Shown here in pieces: positions 47,891 through 60,439 of a stretch of 64,000 nt of DNA. A program made the position numbers and the translations under genes. Each line of letters begins with the position of its first letter. The first letter of the stretch is position 1. Origin of the DNA: Eledone cirrhosa (taxonomy: Eukaryota); the NCBI GenBank assembly GCA_964016885.1, contig OZ024741.1:407030001-407094000 (forward strand), given 5' to 3'. The notes beneath the pieces were generated by a model. The model saw only the letters and a list, made by a program, of their open reading frames with translations, was not told the origin of the DNA and made no database searches.

Positions 47891-48424
47891 TGTGTACGTA
47901 TATGTGCGTGTGTGTCTGTGTGTGTGTATATATATATATCGTTAGCTGTTAGTGTTAAAATGTCCTAACTTGCTACTTCGTGTGTTAAGGATTTCACTGC
48001 CATGTTTAACTAACACCTACGAATGATTACTTGTCGTTTGTAGACTGATGTCAAAAAAATTTTCATCAACTCACGTGGGATAAGTAATAGGTTATATTTT
48101 AGGACATTTTCATGAATCTAGTAAAGCAATCATAGCACATCAAAGAGATGTTATATTTAGATACAAATTGGTTTATATATTATTTACAATAGATTTATGA
48201 TATCTATTCCATAAATCCTCCATTAGCTTCAATAACTGCTTCCATATTGGCTCTGAAAGTTTGACATGTTAAGTATGCTGCCATATGTTATTGTCCCTTT
48301 AATGATATTGCTTATGTTAATGCAGGTACAGATAAATACTCCGCCTTACTTATTTAGTGTGTCGTCAATAACTCTTATACAAACCTCCGTATTTCTAGTT
48401 GTCTACTATATATATATGTATATG

Positions 48425-49189
<765 letters not shown>

Positions 49190-49194
49190 TAGAT

Positions 49195-49610
49195 GTATTA
49201 ATTCAAAATATTAACAAAAATAGACATTAATGTGATCAACTATATTTTATTATACATATTTCAGAGGTACTGAGCTAACTTCAACAGTACGTCCTCATCA
49301 GATAAAACAAGATGATGCATGACATACCCTGACATAGAAGATGGTTAAGATTCAGTCATGGTAGTGAGTAAGATATGACAAAACTCAATATTTATATACC
49401 TTAAGATTGAGACATGAAAAAACTTACATATAATACAAATAATACAGAGGGTGCGTGTAACCTCTGTATCATATGTATTAAATGTCTATTTTTGTTAATA
49501 TTTTGAATTAATATTAATAACTCCGGGAAACCATACCTGTTGAGTGATTCCAATCTATTGTAAAACTCATTCTTTGATTTATTCATTGAACCTTGTTTAA
49601 CCTTTAAATA
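49195..49610 (-). mobile_element. PLE-end insert with HHR (49245-49307 minus) and short inverted arm
   Basis: TTTTAT-CTGATGA-GG.cGTACTG..CAGTAC.CTct-GAAA-TATGTA-TA-ATAAAA; 49197-49231 inverted at 49478-49512. Confidence 0.75.
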
Positions 49611-49629
49611 TATATATATATGGGTGTAA

Positions 49630-49835
49630 AGTGAAGGCGTGTGGCTGAGTGTTTAGATAATTGGATTCGCAATCGTAAGGTTGTGAGTTCGATTCCTGGA
49701 CCAGGCGATGCGTTATGTCCTTGAGCAAGACACTTTATTTCACGTTGCTCCTTCTACCTGGAGTTGCGACCGATAGATAGTATTAGCAATTGGAAAGACC
49801 AACGGGAACATTGTTTCCTCGGTCCGATTTGACGA
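49630..49835 (+). mobile_element. SINE family 2
   Basis: gtggctgagtg A-box, gagttcgattcc B-box, tgtccttgagcaagacactt core. Confidence 0.75.
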
Positions 49836-50088
49836 AAAGTCGATCGTTTAAAAAAAAATATATATGGGTGTGTGTGTGTGTGTGTGTGTATTTATGTATA
49901 TATATATGTATGTATGTATATATTTATGTATATAAACTGAATTATATGTTACAACGGTAGAATGTTTCGATCTATTACATCTTATCAGATATGTCATATT
50001 GATGTATGCCAGAACTAAATTAATCTGTATTAAGTAATGAGATACAGCCCTGGAAAGCAACATCTATCTATCTATCTATCTATCTATC

Positions 50089-51649
50089 AGGGTGATCGGC
50101 AACTTACTGAAAGAATACGAAACGCTGACGGGAGCAAAACTAAACCCAGACAAGTCTGTCGGTTTGCAACTCGGTACGTGGAGAGGCAAACCGATGACAT
50201 CCGACAGCGTCGTTGGACGCTGGACGGACGGACCGGTGAAATTGCTCGGGGTCTGGTTCGGTCCAGACCTCCAGGTGGAGAAAAACTGGAACGAGGTCAC
50301 GGCCAAGGTGTTTGCACTCACTCAGAAGTGGGCAGAGTGCAAGGTCGAGCGGAGGTGGCGAACACTTTCATAGCGTCCGTCATCTACTACCGCTTGACTG
50401 TCGTGCCTTGTCCCCGTGAACACCTCGCCAAGATGGAACGCATGCTCTTCCAGTTTCTGTGGAAGAAGCAGGCTCCGCTGGTGAGGAGATCCGTCTGCTG
50501 TCAGCACCCTTCCAACGGAGGGCTGGGAATGCCGTGGCTGATGATGCGCAAACATGCGCTGAGGCTGCGGCATCTCCAAGTATTCCTCACCGACCCCGAA
50601 CCGGTGTGGGCACCGTTTGTGAGACAGGCTTTCCCACAGCTCGTCTCGCTAACGGAGCTGCAGTCCTGGGTGAAGAAAAGACCGAAAACGATGGGCGCCT
50701 GGCACATTGAATGCGCTCAGGCGCTCACAGTCCTCTGGCAAGCGGGCGCAGCAATCAGTGGAGACTCCACTTCGACATTCTATAGAGGGATTGTACGTTA
50801 CAAGGGCGACGACGTGCTCGGAGAGACTCTGGGCGTCGAAGACGATGAGCTCACCAGTATGTTTGGTAGGACTTTCCGCCCGGGACCTATGGACAACTTC
50901 CAGAGGTCCCTGGCCTGGCAGTGCTACCGAGGAGCTCTACCGGTTCGTGACAAGATCTACAGGCACGGACGCCCTGGCAGGGATCCTTCCAAGAGGACGT
51001 GTCCAAGATGTGCGCAGGACATTGAAACAGTTCTGCACGCAATTGTACACTGCCCGGGCGTAAGCGACCTGTGGAACTATGCAGAACAACTGCTGTCGCG
51101 TATGGGACAAATACAGTTGACTGCCGAGTCCATAGTAAGGATCAAACCGCCAGACTCTTTCAAAAACGAAAGAGAGGCGGTTTTCCTCTGTACGGTGGCT
51201 ATGGTGAAAGAAGTTATATGGTGGACGAGGTTGAGAGGACTGAGGACAGATGCCTTTCTCTCCGGACAACAATTGATTCCATTCTTTAAGTATCACTTTA
51301 GAAGGAGAATCAGGGTGGAGAGAGAGGCACTGCACCCCAGTAAATTTACTGAAAGGTGGGTGAATGAAGCGAAAATGGCCCGAGTGATTGGGCCTTCTCT
51401 GTTTATAAGCCTGTAGGTTGAGGAAGAGAGCAAAAGGAAGAAAGGAGCACTTGCACAACACGCTCCTTGAGTTGAGGGTTGTTCTATCGACGGGGTATTA
51501 AACAACCCATTTGTGGCGCCTCCCCCCTATTGGGGATTTCGATTGTTGAAATTGTTTGTTTTTATATTTTTTATACGACTGTATGTAAAATCCCCGGCAT
51601 GTCTTTGTATTGTCCCCTTTCTTGTTGCGCCCTTGTGGCTAATAAAGAA

Positions 51650-51650
<1 letters not shown>
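50089..51650 (+). mobile_element. Tx1-clade non-LTR retrotransposon copy A, 5'-truncated (late RT + C-terminal Cys-His region + 3' UTR)
   Basis: GAKLNPDKS, VKLLGVWF, GGLGMP, CPRC..ETVLHAIVHC; flanked by (ATCT)n at 50062-50088 and 51650-51710; small deletion/frameshift near 50340. Confidence 0.92.
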
Positions 51651-51710
<60 letters not shown>

Positions 51711-51947
51711 GGAAATCAATCTAGCTGTCGTCTGTTCTACAGTGTGGATGTCATTCACTTCGCACAGAAGTTTTGTTCAAATTTATTGAGGAAATTTTGT
51801 GAGTTCAAACTTAATTTTGATACAATTGTGTAGCTTGACCCTCCGTCTGAACTGTCAGGCGGTGGGTCAGCTCATCTTTACCCCTCCTAGAGGTGAAAAA
51901 CCTGTTTTAAAAAATGTTGTGTAAAAAATTTCAATCGTCTAACAGAA

Positions 51948-53851
51948 ATGTTAAACGCAGCGAACGAAAATAGTGGTGGGGGACAGCGGTAAGAGTTGTA
52001 AGCTCGCACGCTTTAGTCCTCCCTTCCTTCCCAACTAACGTCATAGAGAAGGAAGGAAAAATTAAAATAAAAACAGACGAATCTGCGGAGAAAAAATTAA
52101 ATGACGAAAACACAAATCTGGACTTGGATTCCAACAACGAAAGAAAAAAAAATTTGAAAAATTGCATGACAATACTAATAACACAAACAAAGACACAACA
52201 AACACAAAAATAACAGTTGAAAATAACACCATATCAGAAAACAAAGCAGACGACAAGATTTCATTTGCACAGAAAACAAAGAAATCTTTGACTTATATAG
52301 CGGAAAACATTTCAGATGTGGTACGAAGGATCACGGACGCCAAACAATACATAAGTGAAGGAGAGAATGGTATTTTATTGGTAAAAATGCCTCAAGAATT
52401 CACGAAAGACATTGAAAGCCGAACGGTCAAGTTCCGCACCATCAACAACACTTCAAAAAAAACCTGAACAGCCTTCTCAAGCAGATATCAAAACAGTACT
52501 CACAGAAGTACTTAATGAAACCACTTTCATAAGAAAAGACAGACTGTATGGAAGCCTAGCAATTATCATGAAGAACGAATCGGCGGCAAAAAAATGTGCT
52601 TTGTCACCGATTCGTTCGAAAAATTTCACCTTTTATCCATCTTATATGGGGAAAAGAACTCAACGCATATGGCTGGATGCAATGATGCCAGATGTGGACT
52701 ACTGCTGGCTCATAGCTGGCTTCATCGATCCAGTGAATGACGACGTGATTTCCATTGGGAAAACCACAGGCAATGCGTTCAGTGGAACAGGTATAGAGCT
52801 GGTAGTACAAATGAAGCCTGAACGCATCGCCCAAATACCCGACAGAATCCTATTAGAGGACCACGGGTATATAAACATTAGGGTGGAGGGGAGAAGGCCG
52901 TCCTGCCATATCTGTGCAGGCAGAGGGCACCTGAAGGCCGCTTGTCCCCAACTCAACAAAAAGAAAACCCTGCTACCAACACCAGCTCCACCACCACCAC
53001 CACAACAGATAAACAAACAACAAAACTCAGTCCCACCCAACCCGTCCCTCAGTAAAACCACAACACCACCACAACACAAACAGTCACAACACATTACCCC
53101 AAAACAAAATACAGGCACACCCAACCTCTCACTCAATAAAACAACACAACCACCGCAGACACAACACACAACACAGTCTAACATAGTGACATCCATCTCC
53201 CCCACAAAGAAAACCAACACGGAAACATTACCAGCAAACATACCTCTTCCCTCCAACACTGAAGATAACCCAACGAATTCGGAGGAAGAAACGGAGTCCT
53301 TCAGACACATTAAAAGGAAAAAAAGAAAACATGTGCAAAACACACAAGGACAAACAACCCCCACCCAAATCTCAACACAATCCAACAAAACAGAAAACAC
53401 CCCTCCAGCAACAAACAAAACCAAACCTGCCCCTCCCCTCTTCGAAACACTCACACCATCGGAAAAATAAACATTACACTATACTTACATCAACAGAAAC
53501 AATAATAAATTAAATGAGCTCATATACAATAATCCTTCGGTACAAACCGAAGGTGTAAACTTTGTTTCGTCAGAAAACTACCCACATTTAAAACTAATAA
53601 AGATCCCAATGAACCTCTACCAAAAACTAAAAAAGGATTTTAAGGAGGACGTAGGACCACCCTCTGTCAAACCCATAAACCGCGTCCTACTAAAAAGCTT
53701 TCCCCCTCCCCTTCCCCTCCCCAACACAACTCCAAACACCCCAACCCCACCACACACTGACGACCCCACACCACCACAAGACACCCCTTCACCCAACACC
53801 CCCGACCCCATGGAAGTCGTGCAACCCGAACCCCGGGAAGCGGAAAGGTAG
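51948..53851 (+). pseudogene. ORF1 (gag-like, CCHC zinc knuckle) of copy B, broken by frameshifts
   Basis: ISFAQ motif, VEGRRPSCHICAGRGHLKAAC (CX2CX4HX4C), Pro/Thr-rich tail; colinear with copy D ORF1; start position approximate. Confidence 0.8.
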
Positions 53852-53884
53852 GTCTCTACACTCTCCTTTGGCTCTGCCGCCCAC

Positions 53885-56800
53885 ATGGATGTGTTAAGAG
53901 TAGGATGTTTGAATGCACGTGGCCTGGGCTCAACTTGGAAGCAAGCAAAGCTTCTAAATGACCTCAGGTCATGTGGGATAAATGTAATCGTTATCTGTGA
54001 GACTCGGATCAGCGTCGTGCGGCAGCTGGCCCCCACCTTCGATGACTTTGAGGTGCATGCATCTCTCTGTCAACCTGGAGGTGGGTTTGGGGTTGTCGTA
54101 CTGCTGCAAAAACACCTGGGTCTTGCCGTACAGGTTGTGCACTCGGACCCGGAGGGTCGTTTGTTGGTGCTAGACGTTGGCAGTAGTGAAAGTGCGGCCT
54201 TGAGACTGGTCGCCGTCTACTCCCCTTCCGGAGCTGAACGGCCCGACTTCTTCCAGCGTTTGGAGACTTTTCTGGGAACGTCGCGTTCCCTGCTTCTAGC
54301 GGGGGATTGGAATGACATCCTGGATGCACGTTGGGACTATGCAGGAGCATGTCCTAATAGAGGGGGGTGTAACAGCCTCAAGGGGTTACTCGACCGTTTT
54401 AACTTGGTCGATAGATATCGACTAGATTTTCCAACTGTGCCTACCTGGACTTGGAGAAACCACAGTGGTCAATCTAGATCGTACTTAGATAGATTCTCAG
54501 TTAGAAGTAAGGATAGGGACATATTAAGCTGTCCAGAAATGCACACGGTTGGCTACACGGATCACAAATTAGTGACCTGCGTGGTCAATCTCGAGAAAAC
54601 ACATAGACAGGGTCCCTGTTACTGGAAACTTAATTTGTCTTTACCGGCAAAAGAGACTTACAGAAACCGGATTAGCAGATTAGTTAAGGAGAGGTTGACG
54701 GGTGCAATCGTCAACAACCGATGGTGGGCATCTCTCAAAAGAGAGATTAGAACAGAATCAATAAGTTATAGCAAGATGTTAGCTGCCGAGAGGAATAGAA
54801 ACGAGAAAGAATTAACAGGTAAATTAGAAGAGGCAATCAAGAGCGAAGATGTGGCCAGAGTGCTGGCATCGAGGACGGCCTTGAACCAGTTTTTCGATGC
54901 AAAGCACGAAGGCTGCGTCATCCGAAGTAAAATACGTGCTCTAGGTAATGAGGGGGCCAAAGCCGTTGGATGGGCCCGCGTGACAGAAGCTAAGAGTGGA
55001 AATCGATCCACCATCCGGTCGTTGCAAGACGAAGATGGACGGGTGATCCGGGAGCCTAAGCAGATGTGCGAGGCCTTTCAAAGGCACTTTGCCCGATTGT
55101 TCGGGGGAGGCGAGGGTCCGGGCGGGGGCGTGGATTTCGGTCCATACCTCGACGGCCTGCCGCGTCTCTCGAACGAAGAGGCAGAGTCCTGCGAGGGACC
55201 AATCTCGGCTGATGAGATCGGAGATGCGCTGAGCCAATGCAACAGACGCAAATATCCAGGTCTCGATGGTATACCTTACGAACTTTATTTAGCAATGCCG
55301 GTCTTCTTCTCCGAACTCCTCGAAGCGGTCTACTGCAATTGGCAGCAGAACGGGAGAATTCCTTGTTCTGTAGCCAAGGGCGTAGTCACGCTGGTGAGGA
55401 AGGACGAGAACAAGGGGGATAATATAAATAATTTTCGGCCCATAACCCTGCTAAACACAGAGTTAAAGATTTTGGCCAAGGTGTTAGCAAAGAGGTTGGC
55501 GCTTGTCGTGGGTGGCCTGGTGGGAGATGCGCAGACATGTGCTATCCCATCCAGGTCCATTCACGATAACCTCCACCTCATGCGATACATCATAGAGAGG
55601 GTTGGCAACAAACCCGGCTTCGGTGGGGCCCTGATCAACTTAGATCAGTCTAAGGCCTTCGATAGGGTCGACCATGGTTACCTGGATGCGGTGCTAGCGG
55701 CGGCTGGGTTAGGTCCTGTTTTCAGAGGCTGGATCACTGCCCTACATAGCAACCACATCTGTTCTAGGATCAAGGTGAACGGCTACCTTTCGAAGCCGTT
55801 CGAAATCACACGATCCATTCGACAGGGGTGCACTCTCTCCTCCCTTCTGTACGTATTGACTCTCGAGCCTTTACTGAGGAAGTTGGAGTTGTTGCAGGGT
55901 ATCCCCCTGGAACCAGGATTGAGCAAAGCGGTGTCGGCCTGCGCCGAAGACGTAACAGTAATGGTATCAACCGACTCGGAGATCGAGGCGATCGGTACCT
56001 TACTGGAGGAGTACGAAAGGTTGTCAGGAGCGAAACTGAACCGGGAAAAATCCATCGGGCTGCAACTCGGAACGTGGAGAGGCAGACCGATGCCTCCTGA
56101 CGGTGTCGTCGGACACTGGACGGAGGGCCCGGTAAAGTTGCTTGGGGTCTGGTTTGGACCGGACCTCCAGGTGGAAAAGAACTGGAACGAGGTTACGAAC
56201 AAGGTGTTTGCACTAACCCAGAAATGGGCCAAGTGTAAGCTGTCCCTAAAAGGCCGGGCGGAGGTGACGAACATTTACATAGCGTCCGTCACTTACTACC
56301 GCCTGACTGTCGTGCCTTGCCCTAAGGAAACACTCACCACCATGGAACGCATGCTCTTCCAATTTCTTTGGAAGAAGCGTCCTCCTATGGTGAGAAGATC
56401 CATCTGCTGCCAACAACCTTCGAAAGGAGGGCTGGGGATGCCGTGGTTGATGATGCGTAGGCACGCATTAAGGCTACGGCACCTACAGGTATTCCTCACT
56501 GGTCAACCGGTGTGGACTCCGTTCGTGAAACGAGCCTTTCCGAGACTCGTCTCGCTCACCGAGCTACAGTCCTGGGTCAAGCAAAGATCCGGAAAACTGG
56601 GAGACTGGCACACTGAGTGTGCTCAGGCGCTCATGGCTCTCTGGCAAGCGGGCCAGGCCATCGGTGGAGAATCCACCTCATCATTCTATAGAGGGCTGGT
56701 GGCTAGCAGCGGCGATGACACCCTTGGAGAGTCGCTGGACATGGAAGAAGACGAACTGGCCAGCCTGTTCGGTAGGACTTTCGGCCCAGGACCAATGGAC

Positions 56801-57322
56801 AACTTCCAGAAGTCACTGGCCTGGCAGTGCTACCGGGGGGCTCTACCCGTTCGAGAGAGGCTCTACAGACACGGGCGCCCGGGCAGGGATCCCTCAAAAA
56901 AGATTTGCCCTAGATGCGTGCGTCACGAAGAAACCGTTGCGCACGCATTGGTGCAATGTCCGGGCGTAGCTGATCTGTGGGGCTACGCCGAACGACTGCT
57001 GTCACGGGTGGCGCCGATTAAATTGACCGCCGAGTCCGTGATGACAATCAAACCGCCTCCCCTCTTCACAAAGGAAGCAAAGGCGGTTTTTCTGTGCGTA
57101 ATAGCCATGTTGAAAGAGGTTGTTTGGTGGACACGATTGAAAGGTCTGAGGTCAGGCAACTTCCTCTCTGGCCATAGTCTGGTCTACTTCTTCCGATATC
57201 ACTTCGGAAGAAGGATAAGAATGGAGAGAGAGGTGCTTGGCCACAGGCAGTTTTATGAAAGGTGGGTGATAGTGGCGAGAATGGCTCGTGTAAATGGGCC
57301 TTCTCTGTATACCATCCTGTAG
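53885..57322 (+). CDS. ORF2: APE endonuclease + reverse transcriptase + C-terminal Cys-His region (1145 aa; RT motif reads CAED instead of YADD)
   Basis: CLNARGL, ICET, AVYSP, AGDWN, SYLDR, TDHK, YWKLN, PGLDG, NFRPITLLN, DQSKAFDRV, IRQG, CPRC..H..C. Confidence 0.93.
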   Translation: MDVLRVGCLNARGLGSTWKQAKLLNDLRSCGINVIVICETRISVVRQLAPTFDDFEVHASLCQPGGGFGVVVLLQKHLGLAVQVVHSDPEGRLLVLDVGSSESAALRLVAVYSPSGAERPDFFQRLETFLGTSRSLLLAGDWNDILDARWDYAGACPNRGGCNSLKGLLDRFNLVDRYRLDFPTVPTWTWRNHSGQSRSYLDRFSVRSKDRDILSCPEMHTVGYTDHKLVTCVVNLEKTHRQGPCYWKLNLSLPAKETYRNRISRLVKERLTGAIVNNRWWASLKREIRTESISYSKMLAAERNRNEKELTGKLEEAIKSEDVARVLASRTALNQFFDAKHEGCVIRSKIRALGNEGAKAVGWARVTEAKSGNRSTIRSLQDEDGRVIREPKQMCEAFQRHFARLFGGGEGPGGGVDFGPYLDGLPRLSNEEAESCEGPISADEIGDALSQCNRRKYPGLDGIPYELYLAMPVFFSELLEAVYCNWQQNGRIPCSVAKGVVTLVRKDENKGDNINNFRPITLLNTELKILAKVLAKRLALVVGGLVGDAQTCAIPSRSIHDNLHLMRYIIERVGNKPGFGGALINLDQSKAFDRVDHGYLDAVLAAAGLGPVFRGWITALHSNHICSRIKVNGYLSKPFEITRSIRQGCTLSSLLYVLTLEPLLRKLELLQGIPLEPGLSKAVSACAEDVTVMVSTDSEIEAIGTLLEEYERLSGAKLNREKSIGLQLGTWRGRPMPPDGVVGHWTEGPVKLLGVWFGPDLQVEKNWNEVTNKVFALTQKWAKCKLSLKGRAEVTNIYIASVTYYRLTVVPCPKETLTTMERMLFQFLWKKRPPMVRRSICCQQPSKGGLGMPWLMMRRHALRLRHLQVFLTGQPVWTPFVKRAFPRLVSLTELQSWVKQRSGKLGDWHTECAQALMALWQAGQAIGGESTSSFYRGLVASSGDDTLGESLDMEEDELASLFGRTFGPGPMDNFQKSLAWQCYRGALPVRERLYRHGRPGRDPSKKICPRCVRHEETVAHALVQCPGVADLWGYAERLLSRVAPIKLTAESVMTIKPPPLFTKEAKAVFLCVIAMLKEVVWWTRLKGLRSGNFLSGHSLVYFFRYHFGRRIRMEREVLGHRQFYERWVIVARMARVNGPSLYTIL

Positions 57323-57553
57323 GTAAAGAAGTAAAGGAGAGGGGAGCACCTTCTCCATGTGCTCCCCGGGCAAAGGATTGCACACTTTTTCGGGGGTGTG
57401 TGCAACCCCCATCACGTCCCCTCCCTTTTGAGGTTATTTTCGATTATTTTCATGTTACACCCTTTTTACTCGATTATATGTAAACTCCCCCTTTGTATTT
57501 GTCCCTTCTTTTTATGCCTTTATGGTAAATAAAGAAATCTATCTATCTATCTA

Positions 57554-58195
57554 GGAAACCGTTGCACACGCATTGGTACACTGCTCGGGCATTGCCGATC
57601 TGTGGGGCTATGATGAACAACTGCTGTCAAGGGTGGGACCGATCCGGTTGACCACTGAGTCTATTGTAACGATCAAGCCGCCTCCACTCTTCAAAAACGA
57701 AGAAGAGGCGGTGTTTCTGTACGTAATAGCCATGGCGAAAGAGGTTGTATGGAGGTCAGATACCTTTCTCTCTGGCCAACAACTGGTCCGTTTCTTCCGA
57801 TATCATTTCGGAAGAAGGATCAGGATGGAGAGAGAGGTGCTGCACCCCAGCCGTTTTTATGAAAGATGGGTGAAAGTGGCGAGAATGGCCCGTGTGAATG
57901 GGCCTTCACTCTACATCAGACTATAGGTGAGGGGGGATGAAAGATCAAGGAAGCACCCCCTCTCTGTGCTCCTGAGGAGAAGGGTTGCACACTTTTTTTA
58001 GGGGGTGTGTGCGACCCCCAAGGCGCCTCCTCCCTATTGAGGATTTTGTTATAAAATTTATTTTGTTATATTTTATTTTATTTTTATATTTTGTTATTGC
58101 CTCCTCCTTATTGAGGACGCCTTTTCATGTACCCCCCCCCCCCCCGATTGTACTTGTCCCACTTTTTGATGCCCTGTTGGCAAATAAAAAGAAAA
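57554..58195 (+). mobile_element. Tx1 copy C, heavily 5'-truncated
   Basis: ETVAHALVHC...VNGPSLYIRL plus 3' UTR; preceded by (ATCT)n at 57537-57553. Confidence 0.9.
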
Positions 58196-58414
58196 TTATC
58201 TATTTCTGGGATGGATACACGCGTGAAACTTGCTGGGTAAGTCTGCCTAAATTTCTATAGAAATTCCTAACTGTGAACCTTCATTTTTATATCAACTTGT
58301 AGAGGGAGTGCCAGGTCAAATTTTCATCTGGTCAGTCTCTCAAAATATTCTACGCCTTGAGTCGAAATAGTACATAAAAAGTTTTTTTTTGGAAAAGCTA
58401 ACATTTTTTTTTAA

Positions 58415-60401
58415 ATGGCTGAAGCTCCTTCACCAACATTCGAAGGAGGAGAGGGGAAGATATGCTTACAGCATCCCCCTGCCACTGTCATAGTAGCAGA
58501 TGTCAAAGACAAAGGTCAGCCAGAGGAAGGATTTACTCTACCTGCTGACCGACAACTTGATGTTGCCATGGCAACAAACCAAAACAACACACCCAGCGGC
58601 ACCAGCAACAACAATAACAACAATGCTATGAACGAAAACACAACTTCACAAATGAATTCCGCAACCACAGATCAAGCAATTGAGAACTACAAAAACAACA
58701 ACAATAACAACGACAACAATGATAACAAAAACAACAGCAACAATGATGACAACAACACCAACAGCAGCAACAATAATGACAACAACACCAACAAGAACAA
58801 CTCCACAAACAAGGAAAAAAAGGTCTCCTTTGCACAAATTGTTCAAATGCCGGAGAATTTCTAAGAGATGCCAAGCAATATATAACTTTTGGGGATAATG
58901 GCGCTTTTAGCATCACTTCTCCCCAAGAATTGCGCAGAGACACTGTCTTGAAAACCATAGTTTTTAGGACAATCTCAAATACCACCAGAAAACCAGCTCA
59001 ATTAACTCAAAACGAAATTGAGTGGTTCTAAGAAACTCCATGAAGACATTGCCTTCATACAGAAGGGAAAACTCTTCGGGAGTTTATCAATAATAATTGT
59101 TTCTACTTTAGGCACAAGGCCAGCAGTTACCCAGTGCATTACTGGTACTTTATTTTATCGACCCCGTAAGGATGAAAGGCAAAGTCAACCACGGCGGGAA
59201 TGAAAGACCAATTGACGGCACAGAAATATTCTGTGTCGCCAATTGTGTCCCCCCCTCTACACCTTTTTCCCCACATACATGGGAAAAGGGACCCAAAAAA
59301 TAAAAATAACAAACACCACACCAAATGTAAATATCTGGTGGATAATAGCTGGTTTCATCAGTTTTGATGAAGATACAGTAATTTCGGTAGGAAAGTCCTC
59401 CAGGGGCATATTCAACGGTACAAGCTTAGAAGTTCTGGTCCAAATGAGACCAGAACGGATAGCTAGAATACCACAACGTGTGCCTCTGGATGGGAATTCC
59501 TACATAAACATTTCTGTTGAGGGTAGGCGGCCTTCGTGTTACCACTGTTTAAGCAGTGGTCACCTAAGGGCTTCCTGTCCTCAATTAACTGCAGTAAAAA
59601 AAAAGGCACTACAGCCTACACCCAACACAACAACACAACCACCACCACCACAACAACAACACAGAAATACAAACCAAACAGCAAACACAGTCCCACCCAA
59701 CCCCTCCTCACCTAAAACAACTCCAGAAACACCCATACACATAACAGCTCCTCAAAATGTACCCCTCCCCAACAACACGGATGAGGCCTCATCATCGTCA
59801 CCCAGTGACGATGAGGGAGAGCCTTTCTGACCAGTAAAAAGAAAAAAGAAAAGACATAACACAAACAAAAATGCAACAAACACACAAACACCAATACAAG
59901 CGACGCAAACAGCACAAACAAAAACACCCCCTCCTGAAAACAAAACACCTACTACAAAATGTAAACACACACAAGAACCACAGAAAAAGAGCAACACAAC
60001 ACAACAAAAATGTTACACCTACATAAATACTAACAATAAAACTTTAACAGACACCATATATAAAAACCCTTCGGTGGAGACCGAAGGGAAAACTTTTACA
60101 CACTCTTCGGATAATCCTAATCTTAAAATGATTAGGATATCCATGGATACACATAAACAGTTAAAAGAAACATTTCCTAACGACGTAGGTAACCACTGCG
60201 TCAAACCCTATAACCGCGTCCTTTTGAAATGTTTCCCCACCCCAGACACTCCCACCCAATACACCACCACCCCATCTGGCACCCCTCCCCACCAAACATC
60301 TCCGTCCCCACCCCGCCAGAGACCACCACCCCACCAAACAACCCTTCCAACACCCCCATCGAAATTGTGCAGCCTGGTCCCCAGAAGACGAAGAGGTGAG
60401 T
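58415..60401 (+). pseudogene. ORF1 of copy D (Asn-rich N-terminus, CCHC knuckle), frameshifted and SINE-interrupted
   Basis: KVSFAQIV, VEGRRPSCYHCLSSGHLRASC. Confidence 0.85.
59093..59200 (-). mobile_element. 5'-truncated SINE family 1 inserted in Tx1 ORF1
   Basis: aattgtttctactttaggcacaaggccagc...aaggcaaagtcaacc interrupts the GSLSII/MK segment seen intact in copy B. Confidence 0.88.
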
Positions 60402-60439
60402 GATTTCTTTTCCTCTTCTTTTAACTTTTCAGCACCAAC

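Larger units (their letters stand above)
51711..57537 (+). mobile_element. Tx1-clade non-LTR retrotransposon copy B, full length
   Basis: 5' UTR, ORF1, ORF2, 3' UTR ending aataaagaaa; (ATCT)n on both sides. Confidence 0.93.
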
